Positions 1 through 9,623 of a stretch of 64,000 bases of DNA are shown here, piece by piece. Location: assembly GCA_016927185.1 (NCBI GenBank), contig JAFGND010000035.1, positions 11,887 to 75,886 of the forward strand, given 5' to 3'. A program made the position numbers and the translations under genes. Numbering within the stretch: the first letter of the stretch is position 1; each line of letters opens with the position of its first letter. The DNA is from Candidatus Coatesbacteria bacterium. GTDB taxonomy: Bacteria > JAFGND01. The notes beneath the pieces were generated by a model. That model worked only from the letters and a program-made list of their open reading frames with translations, was not told the DNA's origin and ran no database searches.

Positions 1-429
1 AAGCATTTTGGAAGGAAAGTTTTTGTTCATAGAAAAGGTGCAACAAGAGCATTACCAGCTTTTCACGAAGACTTGCCCATACAATTCAGGGAAACAGGTC
101 ATCCTGTGTTAATGCCAGGAAGTATGGGAACTTCAAGCTATATATTAGTAGGAGTTGAAGGATCTTTGAGAAAATCAATTGGTTCATGCGCTCATGGAGC
201 TGGCAGGTTGATGTCAAGAAAGAGGGCGAAGCAGACAATAAATCAAAATAAGCTAGTTAATGAATTGAAACAGAAAGGAATAGAACTGAAGACTCCTTCA
301 TTGAAGGGAACTCTTGATGAAGCTCCTGAAGCATATAAGGATATTGAAGAAGTCGTAGAAATCTGTATTCTAGCTGGATTAGTAAAACCGGTTGCAAGGA
401 TGATGCCTGTTCTTGTAATAAAAGGATGA
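1..429 (+). CDS. rtcB: RNA-splicing ligase RtcB, C-terminal fragment; the 5' end lies outside the window
   Basis: The reading frame is open from nt 1. Its translation (KHFGRKVFVHRKGATRALPAF...SCAHGAGR...EAPEAYKDIEEVV...PVLVIKG) matches the conserved RtcB C-terminus, including the HGAGR motif. The track ORF 73..429 is only the part downstream of an internal TTG. Confidence 0.8.
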   Translation, partial: KHFGRKVFVHRKGATRALPAFHEDLPIQFRETGHPVLMPGSMGTSSYILVGVEGSLRKSIGSCAHGAGRLMSRKRAKQTINQNKLVNELKQKGIELKTPSLKGTLDEAPEAYKDIEEVVEICILAGLVKPVARMMPVLVIKG

Positions 430-567
430 AAGCATAAGAATTCAATTCAAAGACATTGATTAATAATAATCTTACCTGCAAATCTTTAAAATGCTTATTA
501 TGAGCACATTAGCACAAACATAATTCAAAAAAAGCTTGCTAGAAATGTCTGAAAATCATACTGTGTT

Positions 568-1419
568 ATGAAAATGAGAAAGATATCTAATGTTGTCGGG
601 AAATGTAGATTCCTGGTCTTGGTTTTAATTTTTATTGGCATATTGAATGCCCAAAAACCTTTAAACAATGATATTATAAGAGAACTGGAGAAAAGCAGCT
701 CTAAAGGGCTAAAAACCAGGACAACCAATAAAACTCACCCAAAGAATAATGTAAAAGAAAAATCAAGGATTAAAAAAACAAAAAAGAGGATTTCAAAGAA
801 GAACAAAATAAAAAGAAGAAATAAATGGAAAAAGAAAAAAAGAATAAAGAAAAAACTACCTTTCAAAGCTTTCAAGAAAACTGCTTCAGGGGCACTAGGG
901 CAGCCATTTAGAGGCAGATTAGCAGTCAATTATAAACTAAGACCTTCAAGGAATTATATCATAAAGAATCCTGAAAGACATTTCAATTATGGAACAAGAT
1001 GGTTGATTTCTACAATTGTTACTGCTTCTGCAAGATATAAAAGATCATTGGGAAAATCATTTACCAGAATTGTAGTTGGAGATTTATCGAAAAAAGGTGG
1101 AGGACCTTTGGGAGGACATAATAGTCACCAAAATGGACTTGATGTAGATATAGGGATACCCGCAAAAGGACTTCATTTGAAGGGTTTCACCAGTCTTCCA
1201 AACTCAAGAATTGATATGAGAAAGACTTTGTTATTACTAAAAAGCTTTATAGATACTGGAAGAGTACAAGTAATATTCATTGATTCAGGAATAAAAGCTG
1301 GTTTGTATAAATATATAAATGATAATGGTTTAACGCGTTACAAGAAGTATCTTAATAAGTTATATCATGAGCCCGGTCACAGAGATCATATGCACGTAAG
1401 ACTAAGAAATCCGGGTTAG
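568..1419 (+). CDS. mepA: Penicillin-insensitive murein endopeptidase (MepA, peptidase M74-like) with a signal peptide and a Lys-rich low-complexity insert
   Basis: The N-terminus is hydrophobic. The motifs GGHNSHQNGLDVDIG and HEPGHRDHMHVRL resemble the MepA metal-binding signatures. A K/R-rich tract (KKTKKRISKKNKIKRRNKWKKKKRIKKK) is encoded by an A-rich DNA stretch at ~760-860. Confidence 0.5.
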   Translation: MKMRKISNVVGKCRFLVLVLIFIGILNAQKPLNNDIIRELEKSSSKGLKTRTTNKTHPKNNVKEKSRIKKTKKRISKKNKIKRRNKWKKKKRIKKKLPFKAFKKTASGALGQPFRGRLAVNYKLRPSRNYIIKNPERHFNYGTRWLISTIVTASARYKRSLGKSFTRIVVGDLSKKGGGPLGGHNSHQNGLDVDIGIPAKGLHLKGFTSLPNSRIDMRKTLLLLKSFIDTGRVQVIFIDSGIKAGLYKYINDNGLTRYKKYLNKLYHEPGHRDHMHVRLRNPG

Positions 1420-1433
1420 AACATTTATAAAAT

Positions 1434-3392
1434 GTGACTTATTCAAACAGTAATTTAATAATACTTCTATCATCCATAAGAAGGTTTCAGGAACAGATAA
1501 ATATTCTTGGTAATTCTCTGGGATTTGAAGTTAAAACTATCTCGGAAATTAACCAGCTATTCTCACTTCTCAAGACTACTGCAACGAAATTGATATTTCT
1601 TGAAAGTGAGATGGTTGAAGATAATTGGTTTGACATACTTCCATTCATTGCAGATCAGGATGTAATATTGATCGGTAAGCCATCCATTAATATTGGAGGA
1701 ACTTGGGAAATATGGGAGAAGAATTTAGAACCAGATAGAATTTATCAATATCTAAAGCAGCATTTAAATTATATCGAAACCAAGAAATCAAAGAAATACC
1801 TGGATCTGATTTTTGAAAATGCGAGAGATTCAATAGTTTTTACAGAACTCGAATCCAAGAAATTATATGTGTTGAGCAGAACAAGCACAAGTTTGTTAGG
1901 ATGGACTAAGGAAGAACTTGAGAATGCTGATTCTGAAAAATTTCTTGCTTCAGTTCATCCAGAAGATAGAGATATTATAATAGATGCGAGAATAAGGATA
2001 AATGAAATTCTTGCAAGGAGATATAAAACAGGTTTCTCAGTAACATACAGGATTTTTTCAAGAAATTTCAAGAAAGATAAAACCAATGAATATATATGGA
2101 TAAATAACATTGTCTCACCTGTTTATTCAGAAGATGGAAATCCTGCAGGTTATTTACAGATTTCAAGAGATGTCACTGAGGAAATTGGCAGAAGAATTGA
2201 GATCGATACGCACAGAAATTTAGTACAGACAATGATGGATGCATTACCGGTTGGAATAGTCTTGCTAGACAGTAAAGGAAAATTGATAAGCTGGAATGCG
2301 AGTTTTTCGAATGTTTCTGAGCTAAAACCAAGAATAAATGCCAGTTTTTTTAACTGTATTGGAATAAATCCTCAAAATATACTTGATGCGAATGAACTTA
2401 AAAGAATCCTTGAAATAATTGAAAATCCTGATTCATTAACAACAAGCAAGGAGTTTCATTTCTCTATACCATTTATTGACAGTGAAAAAGAGGAAAAGAA
2501 TTTATGCATGACTCTTTATCCTGTGAATAAACAAATCCTTGTGGTTATAAAGGATGAAACAAGAGAAGTAAAGCAGCAGAAAGCTACTGAAATGCAGAAA
2601 GCACTTCTTATAGAAAGCCAGAGACTGGCATCAGTGGGAGAAATGGCAGCAGGAATAGCACATGAAATGAAACAACCATTGAATGTTGTCAGATTGAATG
2701 TTCAATTGCTTATGAGATTAATAGAAAAAGGGGAAAGGCTTGAAGATCATACTAAGGATATTTTAAATGCTATAGAACAATCAGTATTAGTACTTTCTTC
2801 AATCATTGATAGCGTAAGAAAACTGACAATTAATAGTACTAATTTGATTTCTGATAATATAGAACAACCATTGAGAATTGTTCATGTCAATGATGTATGT
2901 AATGAAATCTTGAATATAATGAACAGGCAATTGAAACAACAACTTATAGAACTAGAGATAAAAATCGAAGAAGATCTAGCTGTATATGTAGTAGCTGGCA
3001 TTCTAGAACAAATACTTACCAATCTTATATTGAATGCAAGGGATGCACTTTTAAATGTGTCACCATCAAAAAGAAAACTCAAGATTACAGCATGTAAATG
3101 CAACGAGAGTTATCTCGCTTCAGTAAGAACTGCTGATATAATTGGAACAGATTATGCCTTAATAACGGTTACGGATACTGGAAGTGGTATTTCAGAGAGA
3201 ATTCGCGACAAGGTATTCCTTCCCTTCTTTTCAACAAAAGATCCAGCCAAGGGAGCAGGTCTTGGTTTATCAATATCATATAAATTAGCTAAGGATAATG
3301 GTGGAGATTTATGGTTTGAAACAGGAAGCTCATACACAGCATTCTATCTCATTTTGCCACTAGCAATTCTGAAGCAGCAAGTATCTATTTGA
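1434..3392 (+). CDS. Sensor histidine kinase with N-terminal receiver-like region, PAS domains, HisKA and HATPase_c
   Basis: H-box AAGIAHEMKQPLNVV. ATPase G-boxes DTGSGISERIRDKVFLPFFSTK and GAGLGLSISYKLAKDNGG. The start codon is GTG in the track and no cognate response regulator is adjacent. Confidence 0.7.
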   Translation: MTYSNSNLIILLSSIRRFQEQINILGNSLGFEVKTISEINQLFSLLKTTATKLIFLESEMVEDNWFDILPFIADQDVILIGKPSINIGGTWEIWEKNLEPDRIYQYLKQHLNYIETKKSKKYLDLIFENARDSIVFTELESKKLYVLSRTSTSLLGWTKEELENADSEKFLASVHPEDRDIIIDARIRINEILARRYKTGFSVTYRIFSRNFKKDKTNEYIWINNIVSPVYSEDGNPAGYLQISRDVTEEIGRRIEIDTHRNLVQTMMDALPVGIVLLDSKGKLISWNASFSNVSELKPRINASFFNCIGINPQNILDANELKRILEIIENPDSLTTSKEFHFSIPFIDSEKEEKNLCMTLYPVNKQILVVIKDETREVKQQKATEMQKALLIESQRLASVGEMAAGIAHEMKQPLNVVRLNVQLLMRLIEKGERLEDHTKDILNAIEQSVLVLSSIIDSVRKLTINSTNLISDNIEQPLRIVHVNDVCNEILNIMNRQLKQQLIELEIKIEEDLAVYVVAGILEQILTNLILNARDALLNVSPSKRKLKITACKCNESYLASVRTADIIGTDYALITVTDTGSGISERIRDKVFLPFFSTKDPAKGAGLGLSISYKLAKDNGGDLWFETGSSYTAFYLILPLAILKQQVSI

Positions 3393-4182
3393 AAGATAAT
3401 GCTTTATTAATAAAAGAAACACCATTTTCATAAAGTAATTCTGCAGTATATTCCAATTCTTTTTCAATAATTTCTGCGATTTTTCTTACAACCAGAGATA
3501 CAGCATAAGGTTCATTCCTTTTCCCCCTGAAAGGATTTGGGGTCAGGAATGGACAATCAGTTTCTACCAGTATTTTTTCTTCAGAGATCTCCTTGATAAG
3601 CTCATTTAGTTTATTATTTTTATAGGTTATATTTCCTGCAAATGAGATGAAGTAATCCATGGACAGACCTGTTTCTAAAAGATTCAAATCGCCCTGGAAA
3701 CAATGTAAAATTCCCCAATGAGGATATTTCTTAAGCAAACTACTCATCTCTTTTCCAGCATCCCTGCAATGGATGATAACAGGTAATTTTTTTTGTCTTG
3801 CAAACTCAAGCTGTTCTATGAAAGATCTTTCTTGATCGGTTTTTGGAGAAAGATTCCTGTAGAAATCAAGACCTATTTCTCCAATCGCTATCATTTTTTC
3901 TTGCTGCAAGAAATTCTCGAGTGTACTTAACCATGAGGATTTGAATTCACTTGCTTCATGTGGGTGTAATCCTGCAGAGCCATAAATTCGCTCAAATTGC
4001 TTTGTCAGGAATACAGTATTTAATGATGTTTGAAAATTGAAACCAATATTTATAAATAGATTCTTTTCATTAGCTGAGTATTTCTCATAAACACTTATCC
4101 TGTCATCATTAAAATCATCCAGATCAAGATGACCATGTGTATCAAACAACGGGAAGCTATCGTTCCATTTTATATCAAGCAT
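3385..4182 (-). CDS. tatD: TatD-family metal-dependent hydrolase
   Basis: Translation MLDIKWNDSFPLFDTHGHLDLDD contains the TatD DTHxHLD motif. I place the start at the ATG at 4182 (MLDIKW), 2 nt after the GT4 stop. The track's longer ORF to 4254 would overlap the upstream gene. Confidence 0.65.
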   Translation of the reverse strand: MLDIKWNDSFPLFDTHGHLDLDDFNDDRISVYEKYSANEKNLFINIGFNFQTSLNTVFLTKQFERIYGSAGLHPHEASEFKSSWLSTLENFLQQEKMIAIGEIGLDFYRNLSPKTDQERSFIEQLEFARQKKLPVIIHCRDAGKEMSSLLKKYPHWGILHCFQGDLNLLETGLSMDYFISFAGNITYKNNKLNELIKEISEEKILVETDCPFLTPNPFRGKRNEPYAVSLVVRKIAEIIEKELEYTAELLYENGVSFINKALSFK

Positions 4183-4184
4183 TT

Positions 4185-5294
4185 TCACTCCAAAGATCTG
4201 TAAATTCCAATATGCTCTTTTGCCGCTTTTTCCCAGTTGAATTTTCTTACCCATTCAATTCCGTTTTTTACAAGTAAATCCTTTTTTTCTTTAGATGTTA
4301 GTAACTCATTGATGCATTCTGCTAGTTCCTCATGCTTTCCTGTCTGGAAATACAAGGCTCCGTTTCCTCCCGCTTCTCTTAGAGACGAATTATTACAGGT
4401 AATAACTGGACAACCGCATGACATAGATTCTATTACAGGTAAACCAAATCCTTCGTAAATAGAAGGAAAAACCAACATTTCAGAACTATTATATAAATTA
4501 AGCAAATCTTCTTTATTCACTACATTCAATAGCATTATTCTAGATCTTTCCTTGCTTTTTTCAAGATAATCAAGAATCTCTTTCGATTTCCAACCAATAC
4601 CTCCAACGCAGATAAGCAAAAGATCATGTTTTTCTGAAATAACTTCAAAAGCTTTAAAAAGAGTCTTATGATCTTTTCTTGGTTCTATTTTCCCTACATG
4701 CAGTAAAAAAGGTTTTTCTATATTCCATTTCTCTTTTATAAATTGTCTTGCTGATTTCCTGTCTATTATTCTATAGAAGCTGTCTAATCCATAATTGACT
4801 ACGAAAATCCTGCTTTCAGATTCAGGCATTAGTTCAATAAGATCATTTTTAGTAGAAACTGAAGGGGTGATTATGATTGAAGCTCTATTCCAGATCTTTC
4901 TGTAATTAGAATAAATTCTTGAAATCCTCTTTGAAGATGTCTCAGGATAATGGATAAATGCTATATCATGAATAGTCACTATTGTTTTTATTTTTTGTGA
5001 TGGTGGAACAAAGAAATTGGTATTATGGTAAATTTGTCTGTTAACTGTAAAGCAATCTAGTTCGGGTTTGTTGAAAAATGACCAGTATCTGTAGAAGGGA
5101 TAAGCGGGAAAAGGAATACGTTTTTTTGAGAATTCTTCTTCAGTTCCTGAGGATTCAAATTTTCTGCCAAAATATAAAAAGGATAGTTCTTCTGAGGACA
5201 GCTGCTTCATCAACTCTCTTTGAAGACTTCCAGTATATATTGCTATACCTGTATCAGGATCCTGAAGAGGCGTAATGTCAAGTACAAGATTCAC
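4185..5294 (-). CDS. Glycosyltransferase family 4 (GT-B fold)
   Basis: C-terminal signature FPSIYEGFGLPVIESMSCGCPVI, which matches the E-x7-E / EGFG pattern of GT4 enzymes. Confidence 0.75.
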   Translation of the reverse strand: MNLVLDITPLQDPDTGIAIYTGSLQRELMKQLSSEELSFLYFGRKFESSGTEEEFSKKRIPFPAYPFYRYWSFFNKPELDCFTVNRQIYHNTNFFVPPSQKIKTIVTIHDIAFIHYPETSSKRISRIYSNYRKIWNRASIIITPSVSTKNDLIELMPESESRIFVVNYGLDSFYRIIDRKSARQFIKEKWNIEKPFLLHVGKIEPRKDHKTLFKAFEVISEKHDLLLICVGGIGWKSKEILDYLEKSKERSRIMLLNVVNKEDLLNLYNSSEMLVFPSIYEGFGLPVIESMSCGCPVITCNNSSLREAGGNGALYFQTGKHEELAECINELLTSKEKKDLLVKNGIEWVRKFNWEKAAKEHIGIYRSLE

Positions 5295-6199
5295 AATAAA
5301 CCTTCTTTTTGTGCAGCTTCTAATCCTTTTTTATGGTGATAATTCAACAAGCCTCTATATGCAAAAAAAAGAAACCAGTTTCTCTTTGTTTTATTCTTTG
5401 CAAATCTGAACCATAAATTAATCGTATATTTATTGAAAAACAGCGTTTTAGCAGATTTTTGAGTATCAAGATTAAGGAATTGACTTGTTTCAGGATGTAA
5501 ATGGGATAAAAAAGCAGCATAATAACCTCCATCAACTAGTCTTTTGCAGAAGTCTCCCAGTACAGGTTTATGTATATGACTAACTGATGCTTCTTTTGCA
5601 AAGACTATTTCTGGCGATTTCTTGCTCAAACGGAACGCCCATTCCGTGTCTTCATATATTGCTTTTTTAAACCGCTCATCCAGTAATCCAGCTTCAGCTA
5701 TTATTTCCTTATTAACTAGTAAATTGGAAGTACTTACTGCATAAAAGGGGATTGTCTTTCCTTCATATTTATCGAAATAATTCTGAACAGGAGACATCTT
5801 TTCCAGAAAATATGTAAAATTGTCTTTCAACCATTCTTCAGGATATTTTATGTTTCCCTGAATTATATCATACTTGTCAGCATAAATAAGCATTTTTTCC
5901 AGACAGTCTTTTTCTACAATGCAGTCGTCACCAAGAAACCAAAGTAATTTGTTTCTTGAACATTTTATACCATTATTTCTAGCTTTTGCTGGACTTTCTT
6001 TTTCTTGGGAGATAATTTTCAAGGGCAATTGATCCTCCCATTTATTTAGCTCATCGAATGTTTTTTCACAATAACCATCCATAACAACTATCACTTCATC
6101 CAAACCTGATTTCAGCGATTCTTTCAGGCTGGAGCAAAGATCAGATATTTTCTCTGCCCTGTTAAAAGTAGGGATTATTGCGCTTACGAGGTAGATAAT
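5291..6199 (-). CDS. Glycosyltransferase family 2; start codon uncertain
   Basis: The track ORF starts at TTG 6103 (MDEVIVVMDGY). The conserved GT2 N-terminus (VSAIIPTFNRAEKISDLCSSL) is encoded in frame upstream, with no ATG, GTG or TTG before the in-frame stop at 6227-6229. The gene therefore probably initiates at ATT or ATC (6199 or 6196) and overlaps the 3' end of the LpxL-like gene. Confidence 0.55.
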   Translation of the reverse strand: MIYLVSAIIPTFNRAEKISDLCSSLKESLKSGLDEVIVVMDGYCEKTFDELNKWEDQLPLKIISQEKESPAKARNNGIKCSRNKLLWFLGDDCIVEKDCLEKMLIYADKYDIIQGNIKYPEEWLKDNFTYFLEKMSPVQNYFDKYEGKTIPFYAVSTSNLLVNKEIIAEAGLLDERFKKAIYEDTEWAFRLSKKSPEIVFAKEASVSHIHKPVLGDFCKRLVDGGYYAAFLSHLHPETSQFLNLDTQKSAKTLFFNKYTINLWFRFAKNKTKRNWFLFFAYRGLLNYHHKKGLEAAQKEGLL

Positions 6200-7113
6200 T
6201 CCCTCCAGTTTTTTATAAGTGGAGTTTCATCAAAGGGAGCTCTTTTTATAGATTCATATAGAAAAGGTATATACTGCTCTGGATACATTTCTATATAACT
6301 TGCCAGTATATTATTGAAATCCTGAAGAGGAGTCTCTTTATCAAGTTTCTTATGGATGACGAGTTTATATGTTTTGCCGTTACGTATCACGAAACATGGA
6401 AGAATAGGACTGTTAGTGAATTTTGAAATACTTTCCACTCCTTTTGAGATATTCAGAACTAGATTTCCTATTTTTGTCTCTATCCATTTATTTCCTGCTC
6501 TTCCATCAAAGGCAAAGACTACTATTTCTCCATTTCTTAATACTTCAATAACCGGTCTTATGAAATTATCTATATATATGAAATTTGCTGGAAGTTTTTT
6601 CTCATAACTGTCTTTAAGATTCATAATAGTTCTATCAATTAAACCGATCTTCCTTTTTACAAGATGGTGCCATGTATATGGTCTGGCAGCCAATTGGTTT
6701 ATCTTGATATCCCTGTAGCCCAATATTGGCATTATACCCTGGTTGAATCCAAAATGAGCACATAGTAGTATGCAACCTGATTTGCTTTTAATGATTTCTG
6801 TCAGATTTTTTTCCCCCTCCACTTCAGTTCTATTCAGAATATTTTCTTTATTATATTTGGGATATCGAAAAAACTCGAGAGTGTCCCAGATTTTATTCCT
6901 GTATGCCTTGAATCCATTCTTTGTATGAAAATCCTGTTCTTTATCTGGGAAAATCGCTTCTGAAATCCTGCAATAGTTTTTAAATGCATTTCCTTTAAAG
7001 TTTGAAGCTATTTTGCTAACAAAATCAGCGAAAGCAAATCCAATAGATAGAGGAGTATTTTGTACAAGGAATCTGAAAGGGAACCAGAAAAGTAATAATA
7101 TCAACTTTTTCAT
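6184..7113 (-). CDS. Lipid A biosynthesis lauroyl/myristoyl acyltransferase family (LpxL/HtrB-like)
   Basis: N-terminal membrane anchor followed by an LPLAT-like core (LLCAHFGFNQG ... FAFDGRAGN), ~309 aa. Its start overlaps the tsaB stop by 4 nt. Confidence 0.5.
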   Translation of the reverse strand: MKKLILLLFWFPFRFLVQNTPLSIGFAFADFVSKIASNFKGNAFKNYCRISEAIFPDKEQDFHTKNGFKAYRNKIWDTLEFFRYPKYNKENILNRTEVEGEKNLTEIIKSKSGCILLCAHFGFNQGIMPILGYRDIKINQLAARPYTWHHLVKRKIGLIDRTIMNLKDSYEKKLPANFIYIDNFIRPVIEVLRNGEIVVFAFDGRAGNKWIETKIGNLVLNISKGVESISKFTNSPILPCFVIRNGKTYKLVIHKKLDKETPLQDFNNILASYIEMYPEQYIPFLYESIKRAPFDETPLIKNWRELSTS

Positions 7114-7787
7114 ACTTTCTTTGGATTTCCTGGAATCACTGCATCTGCATCTCTCAGATACATTGGGTAAACTAGCGAAGGTTTTTTATTGTTTTTAATC
7201 TCCCTGAATGCCATTTTTCCTAAACTGCAGGATATATTACTTACTTCCATTCTGTATATGCAATGCTTGAGATTTGTTTTTATTATGTTATAATGATAGT
7301 CTATTTCATTACCAATAATTAATGTCTCTTTGTCAATGTACCTGACAAGATACTCAGCATTTAACACTGTTGGTTTAAGAATTTCTTCTCCTTTTTCATC
7401 ATATACAGATGCATAAATCTGACCTTTTCTTGCATTAATTACTGGGATCTTTATTAAAGGAAGATTGAGAAAATTCATTACTATTACCTCAAGAGTATTG
7501 AATGCATATAAAGGAATCATCAATCCTTTTGCCAGAGCATAGGAAATTGACATTCCTATTCTGATCCCAGTGAAAGTACCAGGCCCTTTACAAACAGCAA
7601 GAAAATTGATGTCGGTTATATTGTAACCAAGGGAATCAATAAGATACTTGATATAAACTACAAGATTTTCAGATTTCATTTTTTTTATTGAATAATTTAA
7701 GGATGCTATGCAGTTTCCATTTTCCAACAAGGAGATCCCAGAACAATTAGTTGCAGAATCTATTGCTAATAATAATACTTCTTCCAT
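7110..7787 (-). CDS. tsaB: tRNA threonylcarbamoyladenosine biosynthesis protein TsaB (YeaZ-like)
   Basis: Translation MEEVLLLAIDSATNCSGISLLENG ... GPGTFTGIRIGMS. I place the start at the ATG at 7787, the standard TsaB N-terminus. The track's longer ORF to 7823 is less likely. Confidence 0.65.
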   Translation of the reverse strand: MEEVLLLAIDSATNCSGISLLENGNCIASLNYSIKKMKSENLVVYIKYLIDSLGYNITDINFLAVCKGPGTFTGIRIGMSISYALAKGLMIPLYAFNTLEVIVMNFLNLPLIKIPVINARKGQIYASVYDEKGEEILKPTVLNAEYLVRYIDKETLIIGNEIDYHYNIIKTNLKHCIYRMEVSNISCSLGKMAFREIKNNKKPSLVYPMYLRDADAVIPGNPKKV

Positions 7788-7883
7788 CAAAGTGAAAAGG
7801 CTTTTTGAGTAAAGTTTTGTCAAGAGGCTAATTTACTTGACATAAACCATATATAGACTTGGAGTATAGCAAGTATTGATAAT

Positions 7884-9623
7884 ATGGAACTAGATAATTG
7901 TATTGTTTCTTATGGTGGTTTGAAAGAAAATCCCAGTTTGCACGTAAACATTACTGCAGTAGAACCATTGAAGCATTTCTTCAAGAGGCTTGAGGTCCTT
8001 GATTATGGAACAATGTATATGGCTAAGAAACCTGCTAATGATAATTATATCGAATTAATGAAGCAATTCAAGGATTACTATCTGCTGGAATATATATATG
8101 AAAATCTTCTTTATCCTTCTTCCTTACTTCAGGCACACAAAAACATGAAATTTTCAATGATATTTCTAAGCGATGATGATTGGCAATTTCATATTTATTC
8201 AAGATTTCTGGGACATTATTATAATCTTTGCTTGACTACTTATGAATGGAGACTGAAGGATTTCAAGAGAGCCGGTTTAAATGCTTATCACATGCAATGG
8301 GCAGGAAACCAGAATGTTTACAGGAAAATGGATCTTGAAAAGGAATTTGATGTTACATTTATAGGTTCTATTTATGGTCAAAGATACGAAATTATAAAGT
8401 ATCTTATTAATAATGGTGTCAAGTTAAGAATATTCGGGATAAAACCCAGGCAGCAGGATTTGCTTGATTATTGGGGAGGTTATGTTTCAACAGAGGAATC
8501 TATAGAAATAATTAACAAATCCAAAATAAATCTGAGTTTTTTGTCAGCAAGTGTAAAGGAATATACTTCCATAAAACTCAGGCTTTTCGAAATCCCTGTC
8601 TCAGGAGGTTTTCAGATCTGTGATGACTATGAATATGTATACAAGTATTTCAAGAAAGACAAGGAAATCATAACTTTTACGGACAAAAAAGATCTTCTAA
8701 ACAAGATAAAGTTATATTTGCAAAATAGCAGGAAGAGAGACTTAATTTCAGAAAGAGCTTATAAAAGAGCAATTAGTGAACATACCTGGGAAAAGAGATA
8801 CAAAGGATTATTTGATTATATTAATGTTAATAATGAATTGCATAGAAAGGTTATCAAACCTCCAATCTCTTTTTCAAAAATACTGGTTTTTTATAATCTA
8901 AATATGCAGAATCGTCCAAATTATATAACCTTGAAAGCAATTGAATCGCAAATACTTAAGCCATACCAGATTTATTACTACAATCAGGGAAATGCGGTTA
9001 ACTGCCCGGCAAACTGGAAAGAGATATTTGACAAAGAAGAAATGAAAGATATAATAGAAGGAAATGAATATGATTATCTGACCTTTATTAAGGATGAAAC
9101 TCATATGGAACCAGAAAAGATTTGTTTCCAGGCTTATGCACTTGATCTAGACAGGGAAGAAAATATTGAAATTAATTTTGCAAGTTGGGGGCTTTACAGG
9201 AAAAATCATGGAGAAATCGCTTCCTATCTGCTAAGAGAACAAAGAGATTACAGAAATGAAGAAAACCTGGTATGGAAATCAGTCTTTCCGGATTGCGTTA
9301 TGGTATCGAAAAACAAGGCTTCAAAGGAAAGCGAATTAATTACTGAATGGCTTTTAAAGGGTGATGATAATTGGGTGAAGTACATTTTTTCAGATAAAAA
9401 AAACTATAGATATATTGATATACTTGTATCTCTGGTCTGGATTCCTGATAGATGGGCTTTTGAATTATTTGATAGTTATGGAAAAGACTATGCTAACTAC
9501 CTGATAAAAAGTGGAATCTTGCTTTTAAACAAATCTTTCTATAGAAGGTTGCTTTTAAAAGATGCTGATTTCAGAAGCTATAGTAAAGAGATTGTGAGAG
9601 CAATCAAGCGGAGGATTATTTAA
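7884..9623 (+). CDS. CgeB-like (DUF3880 plus GT1-type) glycosyltransferase-family protein with a ~250-aa C-terminal domain of unknown function
   Basis: The N-terminal 330 aa resemble spore-maturation CgeB / Glyco_trans_1_2 proteins (FIGSIYGQRYEIIKYL ... FEIPVSGGFQICDDY). The C-terminal half has no motif I recognise. Confidence 0.45.
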   Translation: MELDNCIVSYGGLKENPSLHVNITAVEPLKHFFKRLEVLDYGTMYMAKKPANDNYIELMKQFKDYYLLEYIYENLLYPSSLLQAHKNMKFSMIFLSDDDWQFHIYSRFLGHYYNLCLTTYEWRLKDFKRAGLNAYHMQWAGNQNVYRKMDLEKEFDVTFIGSIYGQRYEIIKYLINNGVKLRIFGIKPRQQDLLDYWGGYVSTEESIEIINKSKINLSFLSASVKEYTSIKLRLFEIPVSGGFQICDDYEYVYKYFKKDKEIITFTDKKDLLNKIKLYLQNSRKRDLISERAYKRAISEHTWEKRYKGLFDYINVNNELHRKVIKPPISFSKILVFYNLNMQNRPNYITLKAIESQILKPYQIYYYNQGNAVNCPANWKEIFDKEEMKDIIEGNEYDYLTFIKDETHMEPEKICFQAYALDLDREENIEINFASWGLYRKNHGEIASYLLREQRDYRNEENLVWKSVFPDCVMVSKNKASKESELITEWLLKGDDNWVKYIFSDKKNYRYIDILVSLVWIPDRWAFELFDSYGKDYANYLIKSGILLLNKSFYRRLLLKDADFRSYSKEIVRAIKRRII

